NCBI GenBank assembly: GCA_048625195.1 | Contig: JBMCRE010000005.1 | Coordinates: 1-60,520 of the forward strand | From: Nanobdellota archaeon | GTDB taxonomy: Archaea; Nanobdellota; Nanobdellia; Woesearchaeales; UBA583 | Length of the DNA: 60,520 nucleotides | Direction of reading: 5' to 3' | Shown: piece by piece, positions 29,826 through 39,544 of the stretch | Layout: every line of letters starts with the position of its first letter | Position numbering within the stretch: position 1 is the first letter of the stretch | Made by a program: the position numbers and the translations under genes | Notes under the pieces: generated by a model | The model's input: only the letters and a program-made list of their open reading frames with translations | Database searches by the model: none | Told to the model about the DNA's origin: nothing

Positions 29826-30768
29826 TGAAATTATCCCGAATTTTTTTATTGTAGGACAGCCAAAGTGTGCTACTACTCAACTATCAGTTAATTTAAATTT
29901 GCATCCTAAAATATATTTTTTAGATTCATATGAGCCTCATTATTTTGCAAAAGATTTAATGAAAGAAGTTGATAAAAATAAAGGGTTTATAGAGAAGATA
30001 ATTAATTTTAATGCAGTATTAAATTGTAGGGATTTAAATGTTTATTTGAATTTGTTTAATAATAATAATAATAATAAAATTGTTGGAGAGAAGTCTACTA
30101 ACTATTTATACTCAAAAGTGGCTGCAAAAGAAATTTATAATTTCAATCCGAATGCAAAAATATTAATTATCTTAAGAAGTCCCAAAACATTTATTCCATC
30201 ATTCCATTCTCAGTGCATTAAATCTTCAGGTGAATATTTGCCTTTATTTGATGCATTGAAATTAGAGAATAACAGAAAAAAAGGTTTTTATTTGAAAAAT
30301 GTTAAAATACCAAGTATCTTATTTTACAAAGAGAGAATAAAATATACTAAACAAATAAAAAGATTTGAAAAATATTTTCCTTCTAAACAAATAAAAATTA
30401 TTTTTTTTGAAGATTACAAAAAAGATAATCAAAAAATTTATAATGAAATTTTTGAATTTTTAGATATTGAAAATATTAAGATTGAAAATAATAAAAATAA
30501 TCATCTTAGAGTTGAACCTAAAAATAATATTTATTTATATATTTATCTCTTTTTAAATAATAATAATTTCTATTTTATACCAAAAAAATTAATCAAAAGA
30601 AAATATTATATTATACTAAGAAAGTATTTATATTTATTATTTTTTAAACAAAAACCATATCAATTTGATTTAAAAGTTGATAAATTTATTGAAGATATAT
30701 CTAAAGATGAAGTTGAAAAATTAGAAAAATATTTAAAAAAAAATATTAAAAAAAAATGGAATTATTGA
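29821..30768 (+). CDS. sulfotransferase family protein
   Basis: PNFFIVGQPKCATT 5'-PSB loop, EPHYF, GEKS, ILRSP...SFHS. Confidence 0.85.
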   Translation: MSEIIPNFFIVGQPKCATTQLSVNLNLHPKIYFLDSYEPHYFAKDLMKEVDKNKGFIEKIINFNAVLNCRDLNVYLNLFNNNNNNKIVGEKSTNYLYSKVAAKEIYNFNPNAKILIILRSPKTFIPSFHSQCIKSSGEYLPLFDALKLENNRKKGFYLKNVKIPSILFYKERIKYTKQIKRFEKYFPSKQIKIIFFEDYKKDNQKIYNEIFEFLDIENIKIENNKNNHLRVEPKNNIYLYIYLFLNNNNFYFIPKKLIKRKYYIILRKYLYLLFFKQKPYQFDLKVDKFIEDISKDEVEKLEKYLKKNIKKKWNY

Positions 30769-30789
30769 AAAATAATATTAATTATATTT

Positions 30790-31536
30790 TCACTTTATCT
30801 CAAATTTATATTTGAATTCTTTGATTTCTTTTTTGAATTTTTTATTAATTTTTAATCTATTTTTATTTGAATAATAGTATGAATAATGTTTTTTGCTAGT
30901 TCTTTGTTTATTTTTTGTGAGGGGCAACTTTTCATAATCTATTTTCAATATTTTACATAATTCTTTATAATCTTCTTCTAAGTTTTCAAATCTAATATAG
31001 TAATCTAGAATTCTATTCCCTTTTTTATCAAAATAATATGCATAGTTAGACCATTCTTTATTGAAGAATAGTATACAACGATTAAAATTTAGCAATAAGT
31101 TAATATTTGTCATCCTGCAAAATAAATCTAGATACGATTTTAATTTAAATAAATTTCTTTTGATTTTTTGAAAAAAGCTTATTTGATTTTGTAAATTATT
31201 TGATGTGAAATATTTATCATAAAAATATCTTGAAACTATTTGATCCCAAGGATTTCTCACAATACCAATCTTATAATACTCATCCCAAATTCTATTTCCT
31301 ACTATTTTTTTTATTTCTTGAGGCTTTAGATGTTCACTTAAATCTTCTGAAATATTTCTATGATATATTTTATATTTAGTAGAATCACTCCTATCATTAA
31401 ACGAATCTATTTTTGTAATTATGTCATTTTTACCACATTGTTTAGATAAATTAATTTCAACGCTAGTTCCTGCAACTTTAGTAGGCTTAACAAATATAAA
31501 TTTATGTTTATGAGAAATAATCATAAATATAAACAT
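30790..31536 (-). CDS. sulfotransferase family 2 protein
   Basis: HKFIFVKPTKVAGTS, VRNPWDQIVS, YIRFENLEED. Confidence 0.85.
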   Translation of the reverse strand: MFIFMIISHKHKFIFVKPTKVAGTSVEINLSKQCGKNDIITKIDSFNDRSDSTKYKIYHRNISEDLSEHLKPQEIKKIVGNRIWDEYYKIGIVRNPWDQIVSRYFYDKYFTSNNLQNQISFFQKIKRNLFKLKSYLDLFCRMTNINLLLNFNRCILFFNKEWSNYAYYFDKKGNRILDYYIRFENLEEDYKELCKILKIDYEKLPLTKNKQRTSKKHYSYYYSNKNRLKINKKFKKEIKEFKYKFEIK

Positions 31537-31642
31537 ATAAATGAAATTATAAATTTATCTTACAAATTCATGTTAAACTTTGAGAATGTAAAGTACAATA
31601 ATAAGTAATTTTATAAAACTTACTTATTACATACTTATTATA

Positions 31643-31891
31643 ATGAAAGAATATCACTCGCAAATCTACCAAGACAAATTTATTCATAAAAACATTTTCA
31701 AAGAATTTAATAAAAATCTCTTTATAGATACAGGAGCATTTGATGAAATAGAGTACTCAAATACCTACTCCTTTGAAAAACATTTGAATTGGAGTGGTGT
31801 ATGCATAGAACCAATTCCTAAATATTTTGAACTATTAAAAAAGAACAGAACTTGTAAAAAAACTCAATCTTTTTATAAACTCAGTATTTGA
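31643..31891 (+). pseudogene. truncated FkbM-family methyltransferase
   Basis: SQIYQD...FIDTGAFD...SNT..FE...NWSGVCIEP N-terminal motif; ends after 82 aa. Confidence 0.7.
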
Positions 31892-31894
31892 AAA

Positions 31895-32650
31895 ATGAAA
31901 ATATCAATTATAATTCCAACTATGAATTCTGCAAAAAATATCAAGAATGCTTTTAATTCTGTTATTAATCAATCATATATGGACTGGGAGATTGTAGTCA
32001 TTGATAAAGAATCTAAAGATGACACAATTCAAATTTTAAAACAATATTTGAGAGAATACCCCAATAAAATTAAAATATATAATCAAAAAAATAATGGCCT
32101 ATCAAATGCGATGAATCTAGGTATACAAAAAAGCACTGGAGAGTTAATTTGTATTCTTGGCTCAGATGATACATTCACAAAAGAATGTTTTAAATATGTT
32201 TATTTGGCATTTGAAAAATACCCTAAAAGTGTATGGTCTTATGGGAATGCATTTTTTAAATATAAAAGTAAGATTGTAAGAAAAAGAAAGTTTGTAAAAT
32301 ACAATTTTACTAAATTATTTTTTCATAGAAGTATTAATCATCAAACTGTTTTTGTAAAGAAAGAAGTATTTAATAAATTAGGTGTCTTTAATCCTAGATA
32401 TAAATATTCTATGGATTATGATATGATTCTTAGGATAGGTGAAAAATATTCTCCTATATATATTAATAAATATTTGTGTTATTTTAATATGTCAGGAAAA
32501 AATATTACTTCAAAATTTTGGAAAGTTCAACTTAAAGAAAAAATAATAATAATGAAAAAATATCTGCCTGTCTACATATATTTATTTTCATATTTATATA
32601 CTCTTGTGATATATATTAAAAAATATATTGAATCGAAATACTTATATTAA
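31895..32650 (+). CDS. glycosyltransferase family 2
   Basis: ISIIIPTMN, VIDKESKDDT, GLSNAMNLG, LGSDD, SMDYD. Confidence 0.9.
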   Translation: MKISIIIPTMNSAKNIKNAFNSVINQSYMDWEIVVIDKESKDDTIQILKQYLREYPNKIKIYNQKNNGLSNAMNLGIQKSTGELICILGSDDTFTKECFKYVYLAFEKYPKSVWSYGNAFFKYKSKIVRKRKFVKYNFTKLFFHRSINHQTVFVKKEVFNKLGVFNPRYKYSMDYDMILRIGEKYSPIYINKYLCYFNMSGKNITSKFWKVQLKEKIIIMKKYLPVYIYLFSYLYTLVIYIKKYIESKYLY

Positions 32651-32775
32651 AAAATACTTTCAAGTTATCTATAATATCCAAAGTACATACTAAATATTTA
32701 TTGAATTTTCTAAAAATACAACTCTAAAATGAAAAATAAAATATTATAAACAATACTTTATTAATAATAATTAAT

Positions 32776-33615
32776 ATGGGTACAAAAGAACCAAATTTTT
32801 TTATACCGGGATTTTCCAAAGCAGCAACTTCTTTTATGTATGAATTACTAAGAAGACATCATCAAATTTATTTGCCAGAAATAAAAGAAACCAATTTTTT
32901 TAAAGATGAAACAGAATTTAAGAAAGGATATAAATGGTATTTAAAAAAATATTACTCTAAGATTAAAGATGAGAAGATTATAGGTGATGCAACACCAAGT
33001 TATATACACTCTGAAAAAGCATTACAAAGAATTAAAACAAATATAAAATCACCAAAAATTATTATTATATTAAGAAATCCAATAACTAGAGCTTATTCAC
33101 TTTATAATATGAAATACTATAATGGAACAGAAAATAAACCAACTTTTCTAGAGGCTATAGAATCCTCACAAATATATATAAAAAAAGGAAAATATGATAT
33201 ATATTTAAATAATGTATATAAATATTTCAAAAAAAAAGATATTTTAATATTAGTATATGAAAAAGATATTTTAAAAAATTTTGAACAAACTTTAATTAAA
33301 ATAAGTAATTTCCTTAATATTGAAAAATTTAATTATAAATTCGACAAACAAATAAATCGAAGAAAAATAGCAAGAGTAGAATTCATCAGAAAGATACTAA
33401 GAATTGATGGCAAATTAGATTTAATACTAAAAAAAATTATTATAAGTCGATATTTATATTTAAGAACTATGAATTTACTCAGAATGATAAATTCTAAAAA
33501 AAGTAACAAACAGTTATCTAAAAAAGAAATTAGCAAATTAAATAAAAAATATTATAGTAAACATATTAAAAATACTGAGAAAATAATAAAACGAAAATTA
33601 GATATCTGGAGATAA
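32776..33615 (+). CDS. sulfotransferase family protein
   Basis: PNFFIPGFSKAATS, KETNFF, GDATPSY, LRNPITRAYS. Confidence 0.88.
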   Translation: MGTKEPNFFIPGFSKAATSFMYELLRRHHQIYLPEIKETNFFKDETEFKKGYKWYLKKYYSKIKDEKIIGDATPSYIHSEKALQRIKTNIKSPKIIIILRNPITRAYSLYNMKYYNGTENKPTFLEAIESSQIYIKKGKYDIYLNNVYKYFKKKDILILVYEKDILKNFEQTLIKISNFLNIEKFNYKFDKQINRRKIARVEFIRKILRIDGKLDLILKKIIISRYLYLRTMNLLRMINSKKSNKQLSKKEISKLNKKYYSKHIKNTEKIIKRKLDIWR

Positions 33616-33635
33616 ATCTTTATTATTTTATTGAA

Positions 33636-33755
33636 TTAACGATTAGTACCATCACTTATACCTTTAAACCAAGCTTTTCTATTTTTCTTGTCAAACCAAA
33701 GTTTGAACTTAAAGTTTAAAAAAAGTAAAATTATTATAATATTAAGAAATTTCAT
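33636..33755 (-). pseudogene. possible C-terminal remnant of a GT2 glycosyltransferase
   Basis: Reverse frame ends ...KKNRKAWFKGISDGTNR*, resembling the KGxxDG tail of GT2 enzymes. Confidence 0.3.
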
Positions 33756-33956
33756 TGTGACATATTAATAAATAAATAAAAATGATTTTTAGTTCTTTCC
33801 ACATATTTGGCTATGGGACAAAAAAGAGAGGATAGGATTACAGTAACAAAAATCCTAATAGACTTATAATGCAATCTATACTGGATGCGAAACTAATTTT
33901 AACCCACAGTCTAATAAATACAAAAGTTTAAATATAAATAACATGAATATTTATCT

Positions 33957-34880
33957 ATGAATTCAAAATTGTATTTTTTAGGAACTTCATGTATGGTACC
34001 TACAAAGGATAGAAATCATATTAGTGTTGCTTTAGAATTTGGTGGAGAAATTTTTTTGTTTGATTGTGGAGAAGGAACACAAAACCAAATAAAAAAGATG
34101 AAATTACATATTGGAAAAATTAGCAAAATATTTATTTCTCATTGGCATGGAGATCATACATTAGGACTTGGAGGATTAATTCAAACTCTTTCTAATACTG
34201 ATAATGTAGATAAAATTGAAATACATGGACCCAAGTATAGTAAACGATATGTTGAATATATTTTAAAGTCATCTATTTTTGATACAAGTATTCCTATTGA
34301 AGTTTTCGAACATATACCAAAAAAAAAGGAATTATTAAAGATTGTGAATAATGGAGATTATGAAATTTTTTGTGCAAAACTCAAGCATAGTGTCGATTGT
34401 ATTGGATATAGATTTTGTCAAAAAGATACTTTGAATATTGATACAAAAAAGTTATTAAAAATTGCTCCTTTGTTAGAAAAATCTCCTATTTTATCTAGAG
34501 CAAAAATGGGATATGATATAGAATATGATAATAAAATCATTAAATATGATGAAATAACTTATAAAAAAGAAGGATTAAAAATAAGTATTGTACTAGATAC
34601 GAGACCTTGTCAAGAAATCAACTTACTTGCCAATCATTGTGATTATTTAGTAATTGAGGCTACTTATTCTAAAAAACAAATAAAAAAAGCTAAAGATTGC
34701 GAACATTTAATCGCAGAAGAAAGTGCACAAATTGCGTTGGAGTCTGATGTTAAAAATTTATATTTAACTCACTTTTCACAACGATATAAAGACGTAAGAG
34801 AAATAGAGGAAGAAGCAAAAGCAATATTTAAAAATACAAATATAAGTTATGATTTTATGAGTGTTAATTTGAAGAAATAA
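33957..34880 (+). CDS. rnz: ribonuclease Z
   Basis: FLGTS, DCGEGTQ, SHWHGDH, DTRP, EATY, LTHFSQRY. Confidence 0.93.
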   Translation: MNSKLYFLGTSCMVPTKDRNHISVALEFGGEIFLFDCGEGTQNQIKKMKLHIGKISKIFISHWHGDHTLGLGGLIQTLSNTDNVDKIEIHGPKYSKRYVEYILKSSIFDTSIPIEVFEHIPKKKELLKIVNNGDYEIFCAKLKHSVDCIGYRFCQKDTLNIDTKKLLKIAPLLEKSPILSRAKMGYDIEYDNKIIKYDEITYKKEGLKISIVLDTRPCQEINLLANHCDYLVIEATYSKKQIKKAKDCEHLIAEESAQIALESDVKNLYLTHFSQRYKDVREIEEEAKAIFKNTNISYDFMSVNLKK

Positions 34881-34947
34881 TTTTTGTTTTTATATGTTTT
34901 AAAATAAAGAATAATATTGATATATTTATTATTTGCAAATGTAATTT

Positions 34948-35319
34948 TTATTCTCTTTTACCTTTATGTATATGCACGTGTTTTGGGGCTGCTAATATCC
35001 AGTTTTCGTGAAATCCTACTAAATCTCCACCTACTGCATTGATAGTTTTTTTTAATTTATCAACTGCCAACTTTAATTCGTCAGGATCTTTATTTCTTAA
35101 TAAATGAATGTCGATTAAACACATTGTTTTATCTCCTCTAATGATATCAAGTATATCTCTAATATTATCATAAGAGTCTAGAACAAAAACTTTAACGTCT
35201 ACAAGCTTTTCTTCGTGCTCTGGTGTAGTACTGTGATCAATTTCTGTAATTGATAGATAGTCTTCATCACTATCCTCTATAAATTCTTCATTTTTCCTTT
35301 TTCCAAAAAATAATGCCAT
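34948..35319 (-). CDS. sepF: cell division protein SepF (archaeal type)
   Basis: ILDIIRG...LIDI...DELKLAVDKLKKTINAVGGDL...WILAAP. Confidence 0.85.
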   Translation of the reverse strand: MALFFGKRKNEEFIEDSDEDYLSITEIDHSTTPEHEEKLVDVKVFVLDSYDNIRDILDIIRGDKTMCLIDIHLLRNKDPDELKLAVDKLKKTINAVGGDLVGFHENWILAAPKHVHIHKGKRE

Positions 35320-35365
35320 CTTATATATTTAATAGAACTATTATATTTATAAATTTATGTTTTTT

Positions 35366-35536
35366 TTATTTTTTAGACCTCATTCTAACTGGTCTGTTTT
35401 TTTTGTATTTACAATCTCTACATACAGCTTTACCTGCAAGCACCTTACTTATTGAAGTTTTAAACTTCTTTTCACATTTTTTACAAACGTATACATTTTT
35501 GAATAATCTTGCCTCTGCTTCTGGAAATGTTGCCAT
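35366..35536 (-). CDS. rpl40e: 50S ribosomal protein L40e (56 aa; not in the supplied ORF track)
   Basis: My translation: MATFPEAEARLFKNVYVCKKCEKKFKTSISKVLAGKAVCRDCKYKKNRPVRMRSKK. Confidence 0.88.
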   Translation of the reverse strand: MATFPEAEARLFKNVYVCKKCEKKFKTSISKVLAGKAVCRDCKYKKNRPVRMRSKK

Positions 35537-35537
35537 T

Positions 35538-35948
35538 TTATATGTCCTCTATTACTTGTTTTATTATTATTCGTCCCATTACTTGCCAAAATAATACTGT
35601 TTGGCCTGCTTGAACTTTATCTTTTACCTCTTCGTCTGCAATTTTTAAGTCTGCATGGATGGTTTCAAATGTTTCCATATCCATTAATTCTGCAAGACTT
35701 TGGTCAATAGATAATACTTGTCCTTTTTTTTTTAATATAATAGGTACTTCTACATTATCATGTCCTGGTTTTACAACTTCTTTTGTTGAACCAGTAATAA
35801 TATCTTGTGCTTTAATTCTAACTTTTGCATGTCCATGTTTACCTGGTCTTGATGTTTGAGTATCTTTTACAATACATGCATTATCATCAATTAAAAGGTA
35901 ACTTCCTGGCTTTAATGCTCCTGCGTGTGTTAATTTTTTTTCTGACAT
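35538..35948 (-). CDS. eif5a: translation factor eIF5A
   Basis: SRPGKHGHAK hypusine motif. Confidence 0.95.
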   Translation of the reverse strand: MSEKKLTHAGALKPGSYLLIDDNACIVKDTQTSRPGKHGHAKVRIKAQDIITGSTKEVVKPGHDNVEVPIILKKKGQVLSIDQSLAELMDMETFETIHADLKIADEEVKDKVQAGQTVLFWQVMGRIIIKQVIEDI

Positions 35949-36162
35949 TCTTACACCTTTGTTATTTGATAAAACTTTATATAAATAGGTTTAAAAGCTA
36001 TATAATAAAAAAATTATAAGTTATTTATATATGTTTCTACAAAATTTTATAATATTTTTTGTAATAAAAACTATTTGAATTAAAAGAAATATTATTTTTA
36101 GTAAAAAACTTTATAAAAGAAATATCAATTTTTATATATAGACTTGGTGTGATATTTATTTT

Positions 36163-36247
36163 GTCGGGGTTGCCAAGTCTGGTCAAAGGCGCAGGACTTA
36201 AGATCCTGTCACTATCGTGTTCGTGGGTTCGAATCCCATCCCCGACA
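36163..36247 (+). tRNA. tRNA-Leu(TAA)
   Basis: Acceptor GTCGGGG/CCCCGAC, anticodon arm CAGGA-CTTAAGA-TCCTG, long variable arm, TGGG-TTCGAAT-CCCA T arm, discriminator A. Confidence 0.95.
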
Positions 36248-36537
36248 CTTATTAAAGAGTTTGGGGCTTGGAGTTTAGGGTTTTGTCTTATTTTAATATT
36301 AAATACTTATATTAGATAGTTAATAAGAGTTGATTTGTTTATTTTTTTATTGTTTCAAAATCGTTTAAATAAATGTCAATAGTTATATTATTCTTGTTTT
36401 TTGTTAGTTTCGGCATTTTTTAGATTTAAAGTATGTATAAATACATTATAAAATTTATATTCAATATAAAATCAAAAAAACTACTAACTTGAAATTGAGT
36501 CAAGTTTATAAAATACATACTATTTATTTTAATTAAA

Positions 36538-36921
36538 ATGTTTAAGGGTGTACATAACAGAAAAATTGATGAAAAAATGAGAATTACTTTACCAAAATCT
36601 GATTTTATTTTAAAAGGTAATAGAGAAATTTATTTTGTTAATCAAATAGATAATATTGGATTGGAATTTCTTTTAGGTTCAACTATTGATTATTTTGAGA
36701 AGAAAATTGAAGAAAATTGTTCTCTTGAAGATTATCCAACAGTTTCTACTCATATTGACAAACAAAATAGAATTATTATTCCTGATTATTTTCGAACCTT
36801 GGTGCTTAATGATATGCAATGCACGTTGATGGGATTTGGGAATTACTTTAGGGTATATTCTCATAATAATGGTAAAAAATATTTGAAAACTATTGCAAAG
36901 AAAATCAATTATATAAAATAA
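36538..36921 (+). CDS. mraZ: MraZ-like (tandem AbrB/SpoVT) DNA-binding protein
   Basis: MFKGVHNRKIDEKMRITLP and IDKQNRIIIP...LMGFGNYFRVY match both MraZ repeats. Confidence 0.7.
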   Translation: MFKGVHNRKIDEKMRITLPKSDFILKGNREIYFVNQIDNIGLEFLLGSTIDYFEKKIEENCSLEDYPTVSTHIDKQNRIIIPDYFRTLVLNDMQCTLMGFGNYFRVYSHNNGKKYLKTIAKKINYIK

Positions 36922-37051
36922 AAATTCATTCGTTAAAAAATTTATTTTTATGCATTGATAAATTTTTACTTCTAAATTTTATATATACAAATTAAATTTA
37001 AACTAAATAATACTTACAAATGTTTATAATATATAAAATTTAATTAATTTT

Positions 37052-37504
37052 ATGGAATTTAATTATATGTTATTTGCTTTATTTCTAGGATATATAGCCT
37101 CACTTGTTGCAGGATTTGGTTTACATTCAAAAAACAAAATAGCATTTGAAAAACACTATGTTGAATATAAAAAGTTATTAATTACACTTATCATACAAAT
37201 TCATATCTTATCAGCAGGATTATTTTTATATGTTGGTAAGTTAGTTGAATTATTTTATTTTTTGTCAGTAATCGAATTATTACTGATAGGATATGTAATT
37301 TATTTATATAAATTTGAAACAAGATGTAGTATTCAACATTTTACAATAATTCATAATTTTTTATTAATACCTTTTATATACTATTCATATTTGATATTTT
37401 CACATATATTTTTGTTTATAATATTAGTATTAATATTTCTATATAACGTTTTAATGTTTCAATTTGCAAAGTATAGTCAAAAACAACCTTTTTTATGGGA
37501 TTAG
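37052..37504 (+). CDS. membrane hypothetical protein
   Basis: Four to five TM segments. Confidence 0.55.
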   Translation: MEFNYMLFALFLGYIASLVAGFGLHSKNKIAFEKHYVEYKKLLITLIIQIHILSAGLFLYVGKLVELFYFLSVIELLLIGYVIYLYKFETRCSIQHFTIIHNFLLIPFIYYSYLIFSHIFLFIILVLIFLYNVLMFQFAKYSQKQPFLWD

Positions 37505-37526
37505 TTACATTAATAATCGCTTTTTG

Positions 37527-38165
37527 TCATTGTTTCATAAAACTCATTAAATCATGAAAAGTTTTTTTTTGAAGTCTTTTTGTTTTAAGATTTTGGATTT
37601 CTTCTTTGATATCTTCTTTATTATGAATATCTGGAATTAGTTTTAAATATAAAATTTGGATGACATCTTCATCAAATATAGAACAATCCTGACATCTATT
37701 ATAAAATCTTTTCATTTGAGATTTGGAATAGAAGTCTGAACTTAAATTGAATCTTTTAAGCCATTTTATTGTGTCTTGTGAGCAATATCCATCTGCAAAA
37801 GTATAAACTTTTTTTTTAGAACTATAAAATTCATCTATATTTACATCATATATGTATAATAAATATTTAACAAATTCATCTATTAAATGATTAAAATCTA
37901 ACTTGTTTATCTGTTTTAAATAATCTTTATTATTATTTTCCAAATAATCTCTAAAAGATTCTATCCTTTTAAGCTCTACTTCGTAGATTCTTCCACAATA
38001 AATATCTTTTTTTTTAGAATATTTTCCTCTTTTTTTTGATGCAGTTCCGTCTGAAAGCTTTTTAGGAGTTTTTTTGAGAGTTCTTTTGTCGCGCTTGTAA
38101 AAACTATCTCTTATGTATAAATAACCTCTTTTGTTAGGATCTTTATGAAGTTTTTCGCGAAACAT
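37527..38165 (-). CDS. basic hypothetical protein
   Basis: 212-aa ORF with a Lys/Arg-rich N-terminus; no motif recognised. Confidence 0.6.
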   Translation of the reverse strand: MFREKLHKDPNKRGYLYIRDSFYKRDKRTLKKTPKKLSDGTASKKRGKYSKKKDIYCGRIYEVELKRIESFRDYLENNNKDYLKQINKLDFNHLIDEFVKYLLYIYDVNIDEFYSSKKKVYTFADGYCSQDTIKWLKRFNLSSDFYSKSQMKRFYNRCQDCSIFDEDVIQILYLKLIPDIHNKEDIKEEIQNLKTKRLQKKTFHDLMSFMKQ

Positions 38166-38221
38166 AAATATTAATAAAATTTAATTATTTAAAAAGTTGT
38201 CCCCCTGAATTCAAAGAAGCA

Positions 38222-38737
38222 TTAAGCAACATCTAACAACTTCTTTAAAGCTATAGACCAAATAATTGAAAATACAATATATGTTCCTAGCCATGCGAAC
38301 TGAACAAATCCTAAGTTTAAGATATCGCCAAAAGGAGAGTATAGGTTTTTAACAAGACCTATAAGTAAAAGCATTGGTATCATTGTTATTATTAGTACTT
38401 TAGGATTCATTGCGTGCTTCATACTCTCAAAAGATTTTTTCATCATTTCTTGCTGAATTGCCTGAGCTTTTTGAGGGTCCTTAACCATATATTTTCTTGA
38501 TTTTTTTTTTAAATCTTTCATTTCTGCTCGCAAAGCCCTAATTTTTACTTGATCACTTAAATATTTATTTATTATTGTTACAAAAGCAGAACCAATAAAT
38601 GCAATAATTAATATATCTAAAAGTGGAGACATGGTAAGAGGAGCTGAAATTCCTAGGAACAAAGGAACTTGAGATATACTATCATTAATTGTTTGATTAA
38701 TACTCGAATTAACTATATTATTAAAACTTTCATTCAT
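38222..38737 (-). CDS. DUF106 / EMC3-TMCO1 (Oxa1 superfamily) membrane protein
   Basis: TM, then coiled coil (MKDLKKK...QQEMMKKSFESMK), then TM, with WLGTYIVFS...KKLL. Confidence 0.85.
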   Translation of the reverse strand: MNESFNNIVNSSINQTINDSISQVPLFLGISAPLTMSPLLDILIIAFIGSAFVTIINKYLSDQVKIRALRAEMKDLKKKSRKYMVKDPQKAQAIQQEMMKKSFESMKHAMNPKVLIITMIPMLLLIGLVKNLYSPFGDILNLGFVQFAWLGTYIVFSIIWSIALKKLLDVA

Positions 38738-38850
38738 ATTTTTGTCTATCCATATTCATTTATAAAGTTTATTTGTATTTGAAAAGTTATTTCAAAATAT
38801 GAGTAATTTTTTATAAAATATTTTTGATTTTTAACAAATGTTTTAAATAA

Positions 38851-39540
38851 ATGATTATAAATTGTTTTATTATGGATTCTCGAGAAAACTTATTAGACTT
38901 TATAGATACAAAAAAGTTTGATAAAATAAAACAAGAAAAAAAAATATGTGTTATAGGGTGTGGAGGAGTGGGAAGTAATCTTTTACATTTACTTGTTAGA
39001 GGAGGATTTTTAAATTTAAGAATAGTAGACTTTGATGTTGTAGATCAGACTAATTTATCTAGACAATTGTTTAAATACAACGATATAGGTAAAAAAAAAA
39101 CTTTTGCTTTAAAATATAATCTTTTAGAAATTAATAAAAATCTTAATATTGAAATATTTGATGAAAAACTTAACTATAAAAACGCTCAATTTATCTTAGA
39201 TGGTCTAGATTTGATTGTGGATGCAACTGATAATTTTGAAAGTAGAAGAATTATTAATAATTTTTGCGAGAAAAAAAATAAAGATTGGTTGTATAATGGT
39301 GCAATTAAAACAGAATTTATAAGTTCTATTTTTAAAGGTAGTGATAAGTTGTTTAATAAAATTTTTAAAGATAGTGTTAAAGATCAAAAAGCTGACTATA
39401 TTGGTGTTTTAAATTCTACACCTATGTTTTGTGCAGGATTAGCTTACAATAAAATTTTTAAATATTTTTTAAATATTGAAGATGATAATATAATAAAAGT
39501 TGATTTGTTTAAATATAACTTATTTAATATTAAAAAATAG
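38851..39540 (+). CDS. ThiF/MoeB/HesA family adenylyltransferase (E1-like)
   Basis: VIGCGGVGS, DFDVVDQTNLSRQ, DATDNFESR. Confidence 0.88.
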   Translation: MIINCFIMDSRENLLDFIDTKKFDKIKQEKKICVIGCGGVGSNLLHLLVRGGFLNLRIVDFDVVDQTNLSRQLFKYNDIGKKKTFALKYNLLEINKNLNIEIFDEKLNYKNAQFILDGLDLIVDATDNFESRRIINNFCEKKNKDWLYNGAIKTEFISSIFKGSDKLFNKIFKDSVKDQKADYIGVLNSTPMFCAGLAYNKIFKYFLNIEDDNIIKVDLFKYNLFNIKK

Positions 39541-39544
39541 TTTT

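Noticed and set aside
35313-35594. 93-aa plus-strand ORF
   Set aside because: It is the antisense shadow of rpl40e and the end of eIF5A.
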